64,000 bases of DNA, from positions 19,630,651-19,694,650 of the forward strand of contig CM120647.1 of the NCBI GenBank assembly GCA_051362555.1, given 5' to 3'. The position numbers were made by a program, and so were the translations under genes. Below, one piece after another: positions 51,101 through 64,000 of this stretch; positions within the stretch are counted from its first letter, which is position 1, and the number at the start of each line of letters is the position of its first letter. The stretch is from Lingula anatina (Eukaryota > Animalia > Brachiopoda). Below the pieces are notes generated by a model that worked only from the letters and a program-made list of their open reading frames with translations, did not search any database and was not told the DNA's origin.

Positions 51101-54100
51101 AAGGCCTCTGTTGCTTTTCACAAGGACACATTTTGTCTTTTCATGCCCCTCCTTTCCATTCTTGCACCCTTGCTTCTTAAGACTGTTCATATGTTCATAC
51201 AGTACCCGGGGCAAGTTCGCAGTCGACTTTCGAAAGAGTAAAGACTACTCAATACTAAAACCGCACAGGTGCGAACAGCTGTGGGCCTCATCGCACTGTG
51301 TATCGTCAAAGGTGAAAGCAAACGTTATCTCAGTGCAAAACAAAATGAAAATAAAGGTATCTGAAGTTATCTGACCAGGAACGTTCCGAGCAGGCCTATC
51401 GATGAAAGCCAACGAACTTGAATCGATTCAGTAGCTTTCCCGGTGTAACAGGACGTCATACCACCTGTTAACCGTGTTCAGCAGAAAAATGATATCTTTA
51501 TTTATAATTGCAAAATATGTTTTATTCAAAATCTCCATCGATGCAATTGCTTATATGGAAATCGCACCAGTTATTACACATTTGAATGTTTTTTTCCTCT
51601 CTTCTTAGGGTCTCGCTAAAACTAAAACACGTCTGTTGTGAACCGCCTTTGATCCCATTGCACTCTTTAATGTCATGGGTAAAGCCAAAATCAATCTTAG
51701 TTTAAAACAAACTCCGAGCTCCGTGTTGGGTTCTCAAACACTCGTGGCTTCCTGTACATCATGAGTTTTACCGTTCATGATAACCCATGGATTCTCGATT
51801 GGGATAGCAGATACACACATGTTCGTCCAACCTGGCCCTCTCCGTGGCAAGGTTGAAAGTTCCCATCGGATCATTCCGTATCAACGAAGCTGACGTGGCT
51901 CCGTGGTAACTTTGCTGTCTCGTTTACCGACAGACACTGGTACGCTGGTTCGAGACCCAGCTAGTGTAGTACTTTTTATTTTCCAGAATTAAATTTTAGA
52001 AATTCCGATTGGTTACTATAAGAGGAAACTCGTAAGTACGGAGGGTGGGCGGGTCTGTCACGGTGCAGTCGGTAGCGTGCTTGGAAGTAAATGAGATGCC
52101 CAAAGCGCCATCAACCATGGCAACGCTAAGTCACGAGTTCGAATCCCCGATGAAGCACGTCAGTCCATCACGACAACGACCGGGCCCTTGAATCGGGACC
52201 CGGATGCCACGAGAACGAACCTGGGCTCTCCTGGGTCCTAGCAAATTACCTTTTGCATAAAAATATGGTATACTTTAGAAAGTTTACATTAAATGATCGA
52301 TTTAAAACAAACATATTGCGGGTCATTAGAATAAAGTCTGCGTCGTCAATAATATTTCCTTTCTCTTCAGTTAAAAGTCCTTAGATTGGTGCCACAGATT
52401 TTGTACTTGAATTGAGCTACAGCTAACTCCGTATGTTATGCATTTCATCAAAATGTGCTATCTTCTAGGTGGGATTATCAGAGAGAAAATTTTTATTTAT
52501 TATTTTTTTCTACAAAGGCCTCTGTTGCTTTTCACAAGGACACATTTTGTCTTTTCATGCCCCTCCTTTCCATTCTTGCACCCTTGCTTCTTAAGACTGT
52601 TCATGTGTTCATACAGTACCTGGGGCAAGTTCGCAGTCGACATTCGAAAGAGTAAAGACTACTCAATACTAAAACCGCCCAGGTGCGAACAGCTGTGGGC
52701 CTCATCGCACTGTGTATCGTCAAAGGTGAAAGCAAACGTTATCTCAGTGCAAAACAAAATGAAAATAAAGGTATCTGAAGTTATCTGACTAGGAACGTTC
52801 CGAGCAGGCCTATCGATGAAAGCCAACGAACTTGAATCGATTCAGTAGCTTTCCCGGTATAACAGCACGTCATACCACCTGTTAACCGTGTTCAGCAGAA
52901 AAATGATATCTCTATTTATAATTGCAAAATATGTTTTATTCAAAATTTCCATCGATGCAATTGCTTATATGGAAATCGCACCAGTTATTACACATTTGAA
53001 TGTTTTTTTCCTCTCTTCTTAGGTTCTCGCTAAAACTAAAAACACACGTCTATTGTGAACCGCCTTTGATCCCAATGCACTCTTTAATGTCATGGGTAAA
53101 GCCAAAATCAATCTTAGTTTAAAAAAAAAACTCCGAGCTCCGTGTCGGGTTCTCAAACACTCATGGCTTCCTGTTCATGATAACCCATGGATTCTCGATT
53201 GGGTTAGCAGATACACACATGTTCGTCCAACCTGGCCCTCTCCGTGGCAAGGTTGAAAGTTCCCATCGGATCATTCCGTATCAACGAAGCTGACGTGGCT
53301 CCGTGGTAACTTTGCTGTCTCGTTAATCGACAAACACTGGTACGCTGGTTCGAGACCCAGCAAGTGTAGTACTTTTTATTTTCCAGAATTAAATTTTAGA
53401 AATTCCGATTGGTTACTATAAGAGGAAACTCGTAAGTACGGAGGGTGGGCGGGTCTGTCACGGTGCAGTCGGTAGCGTGCTTGGATGCAAATGAGATGCC
53501 CAAAGCGCCACCAACCATGGCAACGCAAAGTCACGAGTTCGAATCCCGGATGAGGCACGTCAGTCCATCACGACAACGACCGGGCCCTTGAATCGGAACC
53601 CAGATGCCACGAGAACGAACCTGGGCTCTCCTGGGTCCTAGCAAATTACCTTTTGCATAAAAATATGGTATACTTTAGAAAGTTTACATTAAATGATCGA
53701 TTTAAAACGAACATATTGCGGGTCATTAGAATAAAGTCTGCGTCGTCAATAATATTTCCTTTCTCTTCAGTTAAAAGTCCTTAGATTGGTGCCACAGATT
53801 TTGTACTTGAATTGAGCTACAGCTAACTCCGTATGTTATGCATTTCATCAAAATGTGCTATCTTCTAGGTGGGATTATCAGAGAGAAAATTTTTATTTAT
53901 TATTTTTTTCTACAAAGGCCTCTGTTGCTTTTCACAAGGACACATTTTGTCTTTTCATGCCCCTCCTTTCCATTCTTGCACCCTTGCTTCTTAAGACTGT
54001 TCATGTGTTCATACAGTACCTGGGGCAAGTTCGCAGTCGACATTCGAAAGAGTAAAGACTACTCAATACTAAAACCGCCCAGGTGCGAACAGCTGTGGGC

Positions 54101-57100
54101 CTCATCGCACTGTGTATCGTCAAAGGTGAAAGCAAACGTTATCTCAGTGCAAAACAAAATGAAAATAAAGGTATCTGAAGTTATCTGACCAGGAACGTTC
54201 CGAGCAGGCCTATCGATGAAAGCCAACGAACTTGAATCGATTCAGTAGCTTTCCCGGTATAACAGCACGTCATACCACCTGTTAACCGTGTTCAGCAGAA
54301 AAATGATATCTTTATTTATAATTGCAAAATATGTTTTATTCAAAATTTCCATCGATGCAATTGCTTATATGGAAATCGCACCAGTTATTACACATTTGAA
54401 TGTTTTTTTCCTCTCTTCTTAGGGTCTCGCTAAAACTAAAACACGTCTGTTGTGAACCGCCTTTGATCCCATTGCACTCTTTAATGTCATGGGTAAAGCC
54501 AAAATCAATCTTAATTTAAAACAAACTCCGAGCTCCGTGTCGGGTTCTCAAACACTCTTGGCCTACTGTACATCATGAGTTTTACCGTTCATGATAACCC
54601 ATGGATTCTCGATTGGGATAGCAGATACACACATGTTCGTCCAACCTGGCCCTCTCCGTGGCAAGGTTGAAAGTTCCCATCGGATCATTCCGTATCAACG
54701 AAGCTGACGTGGCTCCGTGGTAACTTTGCTGTCTCGTTTACCGACAGACACTGGTACGCTGGTTCGAGACCCAGCTAGTGCAGTACTTTTTATTTTCCAG
54801 AATTAAATTTTAGAAATTCCGATTGGTTACTATAAGAGGAAACTCGTAAGTACGGAGGGTGGGCGGGTCTGTCACGGTGCAGTCGGTAGCGTGCTTGGAT
54901 GCAAATGAGATGCCCAAAGCGCCACCAACCATGGCAACGCAAAGTCACGAGTTCGAATCCCCGATGAGGCACGTCAGTCCATCACGACAACGACCGGGCC
55001 CTTGAATCGGGACCCGGATGCCACGAGAACGAACCTGGGCTCTCCTGGGTCCTAGCAAATTACCTTTTGCATAAAAATATGGTATACTTTAGAAAGTTTA
55101 CATTAAATGATCGATTTAAAACGAACATATTGCGGGTCATTAGAATAAAGTCTGCGTCGTCAATAATATTTCCTTTCTCTTCAGTTAAAAGTCCTTAGAT
55201 TGGTGCCACATATTTTGTACTTGAATTGAGCTACAGCTAACTCCGTATGTTATGCATTTCATCAAAATGTGCTATCTTCTAGGTGGGATTATCAGAGAGA
55301 AAATTTTTATTTATTATTTTTTTCTACAAAGGCCTCTGTTGCTTTTCACAAGGACACATTTTGTCTTTTCATGCCCCTCCTTTCCATTCTTGCACCCTTG
55401 CTTCTTAAGACTGTTCATGTGTTCATACAGTACCTGGGGCAAGTTCGCAGTCGACATTCGAAAGAGTAAAGACTACTCAATACTAAAACCGCCCAGGTGC
55501 GAACAGCTGTGGGCCTCATCGCACTGTGTATCGTCAAAGGTGAAAGCAAACGTTATCTCAGTGCAAAACAAAATGAAAATAAAGGTATCTGAAGTTATCT
55601 GACTAGGAACGTTCCGAGCAGGCCTATCAATGAAAGCCAACGAACTTGAATCGATTCAGTAGCTTTCCCGGTATAACAGCACGTCATACCACCTGTTAAC
55701 CGTGTTCAGCAGAAAAATGATATCTCTATTTATAATTGCAAAATATGTTTTATTCAAAATTTCCATCGATGCAATTGCTTATATGGAAATCGCACCAGTT
55801 ATTACACATTTGAATGTTTTTTTCCTCTCTTCTTAGGGTCTCGCTAAAACTAAAAACACACGTCTATTGTGAACCGCCTTTGATCCCAATGCACTCTTTA
55901 ATGTCATGGGTAAAGCCAAAATCAATCTTAGTTTAAAAAAAAAAACTCCGAGCTCCGTGTCGGGTTCTCAAACACTCATGGCTTCCTGTTCATGATAACC
56001 CATGGATTCTCGATTGGGTTAGCAGATACACACATGTTCGTCCAACCTGGCCCTCTCCGTGGCAAGGTTGAAAGTTCCCATCGGATCATTCCGTATCAAC
56101 GAAGCTGACGTGGCTCCGTGGTAACTTTGCTGTCTCGTTAATCGACAAACACTGGTACGCTGGTTCGAGACCCAGCAAGTGTAGTACTTTTTATTTTCCA
56201 GAATTAAATTTTAGAAATTCCGATTGGTTACTATAAGAGGAAACTCGTAAGTACGGAGGGTGGGCGGGTCTGTCACGGTGCAGTCGGTAGCGTGCTTGGA
56301 TGCAAATGAGATGCCCAAAGCGCCACCAACCATGGCAACGCAAAGTCACGAGTTCGAATCCCGGATGAGGCACGTCAGTCCATCACGACAACGACCGGGC
56401 CCTTGAATCGGAACCCAGATGCCACGAGAACGAACCTGGGCTCTCCTGGGTCCTAGCAAATTACCTTTTGCATAAAAATATGGTATACTTTAGAAAGTTT
56501 ACATTAAATGATCGATTTAAAACGAACATATTGCGGGTCATTAGAATAAAGTCTGCGTCGTCAATAATATTTCCTTTCTCTTCAGTTAAAAGTCCTTAGA
56601 TTGGTGCCACAGATTTTGTACTTGAATTGAGCTACAGCTAACTCCGTATGTTCTGCATTTCATCAAAATGTGCTATCTTCTAGGTGGGATTATCAGAGAG
56701 AAAATTTTTATTTATTATTTTTTTCTACAAAGGCCTCTGTTGCTTTTCACAAGGACACATTTTGTCTTTTCATGCCCCTCCTTTCCATTCTTGCACCCTT
56801 GCTTCTTAAGACTGTTCATGTGTTCATACAGTACCTGGGGCAAGTTCGCAGTCGACATTCGAAAGAGTAAAGACTACTCAATACTAAAACCGCCCAGGTG
56901 CGAACAGCTGTGGGCCTCATCGCACTGTGTATCGTCAAAGGTGAAAGCAAACGTTATCTCAGTGCAAAACAAAATGAAAATAAAGGTATCTGAAGTTATC
57001 TGACTAGGAACGTTCCGAGCAGGCCTATCAATGAAAGCCAACGAACTTGAATCGATTCAGTAGCTTTCCCGGTATAACAGCACGTCATACCACCTGTTAA

Positions 57101-60100
57101 CCGTGTTCAGCAGAAAAATGATATCTCTATTTATAATTGCAAAATATGTTTTATTCAAAATTTCCATCGATGCAATTGCTTATATGGAAATCGCACCAGT
57201 TATTACACATTTGAATGTTTTTTTCCTCTCTTCTTAGGGTCTCGCTAAAACTAAAAACACACGTCTATTGTGAACCGCCTTTGATCCCAATGCACTCTTT
57301 AATGTCATGGGTAAAGCCAAAATCAATCTTAGTTTAAAAAAAAAACTCCGAGCTCCGTGTCGGGTTCTCAAACACTCATGGCTTCCTGTTCATGATAACC
57401 CATGGATTCTCGATTGGGTTAGCAGATACACACATGTTCGTCCAACCTGGCCCTCTCCGTGGCAAGGTTGAAAGTTCCCATCGGATCATTCCGTATCAAC
57501 GAAGCTGACGTGGCTCCGTGGTAACTTTGCTGTCTCGTTAATCGACAAACACTGGTACGCTGGTTCGAGACCCAGCAAGTGTAGTACTTTTTATTTTCCA
57601 GAATTAAATTTTAGAAATTCCGATTGGTTACTATAAGAGGAAACTCGTAAGTACGGAGGGTGGGCGGGTCTGTCACGGTGCAGTCGGTAGCGTGCTTGGA
57701 TGCAAATGAGATGCCCAAAGCGCCACCAACCATGGCAACGCAAAGTCACGAGTTCGAATCCCGGATGAGGCACGTCAGTCCATCACGACAACGACCGGGC
57801 CCTTGAATCGGAACCCAGATGCCACGAGAACGAACCTGGGCTCTCCTGGGTCCTAGCAAATTACCTTTTGCATAAAAATATGGTATACTTTAGAAAGTTT
57901 ACATTAAATGATCGATTTAAAACGAACATATTGCGGGTCATTAGAATTAAGTCTGCGTCGTCAATAATATTTCCTTTCTCTTCAGTTAAAAGTCCTTAGA
58001 TTGGTGCCACAGATTTTGTACTTGAATTGAGCTACAGCTAACTCCGTATGTTATGCATTTCATCAAAATGTGCTATCTTCTAGGTGGGATTATCAGAGAG
58101 AAAATTTTTATTTATTATTTTTTTCTACAAAAGCCTCTGTTGCTTTTCACAAGGACACATTTTGTCTTTTCATGCCCCTCCTTTCCATTCTTGCACCCTT
58201 GCTTCTTAAGACTGTTCATGTGTTCATACAGTACCCGGGGCAAGTTCGCAGTCGACATTCGAAAGAGTAAAGACTACTCAATACTAAAACCGCCCAGTTG
58301 CGAACAGCTGTGGGCCTCATCGCACTGTGTATCGTCAAAGGTGAAAGCAAACGTTATCTCAGTGCAAAACAAAATGAAAATAAAGGTATCTGAAGTTATC
58401 TGACCAGGAACGTTCCGAGGAGGCCTATCGATGAAAGCCAACGAACTTGAATCGATTCAGTAGCTTTCCCGGTGTAACAGCACGTCATACCACCTGTTAA
58501 CTGTGTTCAGCAGAAAAATGATATCTTTATTTATAATTGCAAAATATGTTTTATTCAAAATTTCCATCGATGCAATTGCTTATATGGAAATCGCACCAGT
58601 TATTACACATTTGAATGTTTTTTTCCTCTCTTCTTAGGGTCTCGCTAAAACTAAAACACGTCTGTTGTGAACCGCCTTTGATCCCATTGCACTCTTTAAT
58701 GTCATGGGTAAAGCCAAAATCAATCTTAGTTTAAAACAAACTCCGAGCTCCGTGTTGGGTTCTCAAACACTCGTGGCTTCCTGTACATCATGAGTTTTAC
58801 CGTTCATGATAACCCATGGATTCTCGATTGGGATAGCAGATACACACATGTTCGTCCAACCTGGCCCTCTCCGTGGCAAGGTTGAAAGTTCCCATCGGAT
58901 CATTCCGTATCAACGAAGCTGACGTGGCTCCGTGGTAACTTTGCTGTCTCGTTTACCGACAGACACTGGTACGCTGGTTCGAGACCCAGCTAGTGTAGTA
59001 CTTTTTATTTTCCAGAATTAAATTTTAGAAATTCCGATTGGTTACTATAAGAGGAAACTCGTAAGTACGGAGGGTGGGCGGGTCTGTCACGGTGCAGTCG
59101 GTAGCGTGCTTGGATGCAAATGAGATGCCCAAAGCGCCACCAACCATGGCAACGCAAAGTCACGAGTTCGAATCCCCGATGAGGCACGTCAGTCCATCAC
59201 GACAACGACCGAGCCCTTGAATCGGGACCCGGATGCCACGAGAACGAACCTGGGCTCTCCTGGGTCCTAGCAAATTACCTTTTGCATAAAAATATGGTAT
59301 ACTTTAGAAAGTTTACATTAAATGATCGATTTAAAACGAACATATTGCGGGTCATTAGAATAAAGTCTGCGTCGTCAATAATATTTCCTTTCTCTTCAGT
59401 TAAAAGTCCTTAGATTGGTGCCACAGATTTTGTACTTGAATTGAGCTACAGCTAACTCCGTATGTTCTGCATTTCATCAAAATGTGCTATCTTCTAGGTG
59501 GGATTATCAGAGAGAAAATTTTTATTTATTATTTTTTTCTACAAAGGCCTCTGTTGCTTTTCACAAGGACACATTTTGTCTTTTCATGCCCCTCCTTTCC
59601 ATTCTTGCACCCTTGCTTCTTAAGACTGTTCATGTGTTCATACAGTACCTGGGGCAAGTTCGCAGTCGACATTCGAAAGAGTAAAGACTACTCAATACTA
59701 AAACCGCCCAGGTGCGAACAGCTGTGGGCCTCATCGCACTGTGTATCGTCAAAGGTGAAAGCAAACGTTATCTCAGTGCAAAACAAAATGAAAATAAAGG
59801 TATCTGAAGTTATCTGACTAGGAACGTTCCGAGCAGGCCTATCAATGAAAGCCAACGAACTTGAATCGATTCAGTAGCTTTCCCGGTATAACAGCACGTC
59901 ATACCACCTGTTAACCGTGTTCAGCAGAAAAATGATATCTCTATTTATAATTGCAAAATATGTTTTATTCAAAATTTCTATCGATGCAATTGCTTATATG
60001 GAAATCGCACCAGTTATTACACATTTGAATGTTTTTTTCCTCTCTTCTTAGGGTCTCGCTAAAACTAAAAACACACGTCTATTGTGAACCGCCTTTGATC

Positions 60101-63100
60101 CCAATGCACTCTTTAATGTCATGGGTAAAGCCAAAATCAATCTTAGTTTAAAAAAAAAAAAACTCCGAGCTCCGTGTCGGGTTCTCAAACACTCATGGCT
60201 TCCTGTTCATGATAACCCATGGATTCTCGATTGGGTTAGCAGATACACACATGTTCGTCCAACCTGGCCCTCTCCGTGGCAAGGTTGAAAGTTCCCATCG
60301 GATCATTCCGTATCAACGAAGCTGACGTGGCTCCGTGGTAACTTTGCTGTCTCGTTTACCGACAGACACTGGTACGCTGGTTCGAGACCCAGCTAGTGTA
60401 GTACTTTTTATTTTCCAGAATTAAATTTTAGAAATTCCGATTGGTTACTATAAGAGGAAACTCTTAAGTACGGAGGGTGGGCGGGTCTGTCACGGTGAAG
60501 TCGGTAGCGTGCTTGGATGCAAATGAGATGCCCAAAGCGCCACCAACCATGGCAACGCAAAGTCACGAGTTCGAATCCCCGATGAGGCACGTCAGTCCAT
60601 CACGACAACGACCGGGCCCTTGAATCGGGACCCGGATGCCACGAGAACGAACCTGGGCTCTCCTGGGTCCTAGCAAATTACCTTTTGCATAAAAATATGG
60701 TATACTTTAGAAAGTTTACATTAAATGATCGATTTAAAACGAACATATTGCGGGTCATTAGAATAAAGTCTGCGTCGTCAATAATATTTCCTTTCTCTTC
60801 AGTTAAAAGTCCTTAGATTGGTGCCACAGATTTTGTACTTGAATTGAGCTACAGCTAACTCCGTATGTTATGCATTTCATCAAAATGTGCTATCTTCTAG
60901 GTGGGATTATCAGAGAGAAAATTTTTATTTATTATTTTTTTCTACAAAGGCCTCTGTTGCTTTTCACAAGGACACATTTTGTCTTTTCATGCCCCTCCTT
61001 TCCATTCTTGCACCCTTGCTTCTTAAGACTGTTCATGTGTTCATACAGTACCTGGGGCAAGTTCGCAGTCGACATTCGAAAGAGTAAAGACTACTCAATA
61101 CTAAAACCGCCCAGGTGCGAACAGCTGTGGGCCTCATCGCACTGTGTATCGTCAAAGGTGAAAGCAAACGTTATCTCAGTGCAAAACAAAATGAAAATAA
61201 AGGTATCTGAAGTTATCTGACCAGGAACGTTCCGAGCATGTCTATCGATGAAAGCCAACGAACTTGAATCGATTCAGTAGCTTTCCCGGTATAACAGCAC
61301 GTCATACCACCTGTTAACCGTGTTCAGCAGAAAAATGATATCTTTATTTATAATTGCAAAATATGTTTTATTCAAAATTTCCATCGATGCAATTGCTTAT
61401 ATGGAAATCGCACCAGTTATTACACATTTGAATGTTTTTTTCCTCTCTTCTTATGGTCTCGCTAAAACTAAAACACGTCTGTTGTGAACCGCCTTTGATC
61501 CCATTGCACTCTTTAATGTCATGGGTAAAGCCAAAATCAATCTTAATTTAAAACAAACTCCGAGCTCCGTGTTGGGTTCTCAAACACTCTTGGCCTACTG
61601 TACATCATGAGTTTTACCGTTCATGATAACCCATGGATTCTCGATTGGGATAGCAGATACACACATGTTCGTCCAACCTGGCCCTCTCCGTGGCAAGGTT
61701 GAAAGTTCCCATCGGATCATTCCGTATCAACGAAGCTGACGTGGCTCCGGAGGGCGTAAGTACGGAGGGTGGGCGGGTCTGTCACGGTGCAGTCGGTAGC
61801 GTGCTTGGATGCAAATGAGATGCCCAAAGCGCCACCAACCATGGCAATGCAAAGTCACGAGTTCGAATCCCGGATGAGGCACGTCAGTCCATCACGACAA
61901 CGACCGGGCCCTTGAATCGGAACCCAGATGCCACGAGAACGAACCTGGGCTCTCCTGGGTCCTAGCAAATTACCTTTTGCATAAAAATATGGTATACTTT
62001 AGAAAGTTTACATTAAATGATCGATTTAAAACGAACATATTGCGGGTCATTAGAATTAAGTCTGCGTCGTCAATAATATTTCCTTTCTCTTCAGTTAAAA
62101 GTCCTTAGATTGGTGCCACAGATTTTGTACTTGAATTGAGCTACAGCTAACTCCGTATGTTATGCATTTCATCAAAATGTGCTATCTTCTAGGTGGGATT
62201 ATCAGAAAGAAAATTTTTATTTATTATTTTTTTCTACAAAAGCCTCTGTTGCTTTTCACAAGGACACATTTTGTCTTTTCATGCCCCTCCTTTCCATTCT
62301 TGCACCCTTGCTTCTTAAGACTGTTCATGTGTTCATACAGTACCCGGGGCAAGTTCGCAGTCGACATTCGAAAGAGTAAAGACTACTCAATACTAAAACC
62401 GCCCAGTTGCGAACAGCTGTGGGCCTCATCGCACTGTGTATCGTCAAAGGTGAAAGCAAACGTTATCTCAGTGCAAAACAAAATGAAAATAAAGGTATCT
62501 GAAGTTATCTGACCAGGAACGTTCCGAGGAGGCCTATCGATGAAAGCCAACGAACTTGAATCGATTCAGTAGCTTTCCCGGTGTAACAGCACGTCATACC
62601 ACCTGTTAACTGTGTTCAGCAGAAAAATGATATCTTTATTTATAATTGCAAAATATGTTTTATTCAAAATTTCCATCGATGCAATTGCTTATATGGAAAT
62701 CGCACCAGTTATTACACATTTGAATGTTTTTTTCCTCTCTTCTTAGGGTCTCGCTAAAACTAAAACACGTCTGTTGTGAACCGCCTTTGATCCCATTGCA
62801 CTCTTTAATGTCATGGGTAAAGCCAAAATCAATCTTAGTTTAAAACAAACTCCGAGCTCCGTGTTGGGTTCTCAAACACTCGTGGCTTCCTGTACATCAT
62901 GAGTTTTACCGTTCATGATAACCCATGGATTCTCGATTGGGATAGCAGATACACACATGTTCGTCCAACCTGGCCCTCTCCGTGGCAAGGTTGAAAGTTC
63001 CCATCGGATCATTCCGTATCAACGAAGCTGACGTGGCTCCGTGGTAACTTTGCTGTCTCGTTTACCGACAGACACTGGTACGCTGGTTCGAGACCCAGCT

Positions 63101-64000
63101 AGTGTAGTACTTTTTATTTTCCAGAATTAAATTTTAGAAATTCCGATTGGTTACTATAAGAGGAAACTCGTAAGTACGGAGGGTGGGCGGGTCTGTCACG
63201 GTGCAGTCGGTAGCGTGCTTGGATGCAAATGAGATGCCCAAAGCGCCACCAACCATGGCAACGCAAAGTCACGAGTTCGAATCCCCGATGAGGCACGTCA
63301 GTCCATCACGACAACGACCGGGTCCTTGAATCGGGACCCGGATGCCACGAGAACGAATCTGGGCTCTCCTGGGTCCTAGCCAATTACATTTTGCATAAAA
63401 ATACGGTATACTTTAGAAAGTTTACATTAAATGATCGATTTAAAACAAGCATATTGCTGGTCATTAGCATAAAATCTGCGTAGTCAATACTATTTCCTTT
63501 CTCTTTAATAAAATGTCCTTATACCGACGTGGGAAGAAATGATCGTTGATCTTCGTCCTTTATTTCGACACAGATCTTGAGCTATAGCTAACTTCGTATG
63601 TACAGTCCTGTCTGGTGTCACGTGTTATCATTGAAAACAACCGAACTTGAATTAATTCAGCACCTTTCAAGGTATAGCACCTCGTCATAACACTTGTAAA
63701 CCACATATAGAGGAAGAAATAGTTACATGGTCTTCTTCCGTATGCACTGCATTTCATCAAAATATGCCATCTTCTCGGTGGGCTTATCAGAAATTTATCT
63801 CAAGCAGAAAAACGATAAAATTCTCGGTAGAATTATTCGCCAAATATGTTTAACTCAAAATTTGCTATTGATAAAATGGAAATCGCACCAGTAATTACAC
63901 ATTTGAACGTTTCAGTGATCCCTTATTCTTGGGGGTTAGCTTTAACTCATAAAGTCCCTGTGTGGACCGCCTTTGGATATCGTTGTGCTCAACAACGTCA

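Larger units (their letters stand above)
40360..64000. repeat. Tandem array of ~1.40-1.41 kb units (about 17 copies), homogeneous core with diverged edge units
   Basis: Repeated ORF anchors at 42571, 43971, 45385 ... 62179, spaced 1400-1414 bp (1292 for one deleted unit). Confidence 0.97.

Noticed and set aside
42569-63296. Repeated 116/111/66/60-aa ORFs in the tandem array
   Set aside because: Low-complexity translations with no domain similarity. They recur only because the DNA is repeated and are broken in the edge units.
40360-64000. Array as CRISPR, 5S rDNA, histone/snRNA cluster or hammerhead retrozyme
   Set aside because: No spacers and no recognisable 5S, snRNA or histone sequence. 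CGATGAG/GGATGAG lacks the CUGAUGA...GAAA hammerhead core.

Overview
AT-rich invertebrate (animal) nuclear DNA; a mollusc-like lophotrochozoan origin is inferred, not proven. The left 36 kb holds tandem SLC43-like (LAT3/LAT4/ENBT1-type) transporter genes on the minus strand. The complete copy (6175-34810) has a ~25 kb intron filled by a CACTA/EnSpm DNA transposon (9972-33820). A young env-bearing Ty3/Gypsy retroelement with apparently identical 537-bp LTRs (14327-25813) is inserted in that transposon's transposase. The main finding is a 555-nt insert interrupting the retroelement's integrase (19564-20118, minus strand). It folds into a complete group I intron core (P1 with U-G wobble, P3-P8, terminal G), and its exact removal restores the integrase-GPY/F-chromodomain frame. 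The same element shows a UGA-CUAG gag-pol readthrough site, an in-frame spliceosomal gag-env splice and an overprinted multi-SIM ORF in a three-AUG leader. The right 24 kb is an intron of a secreted uncharacterised protein gene. It holds a ~1.4 kb tandem array (about 17 units), each unit carrying two Pol III-type small-RNA candidates, one closely resembling vault RNA. All pairings and junctions were read by eye; no searches were run.
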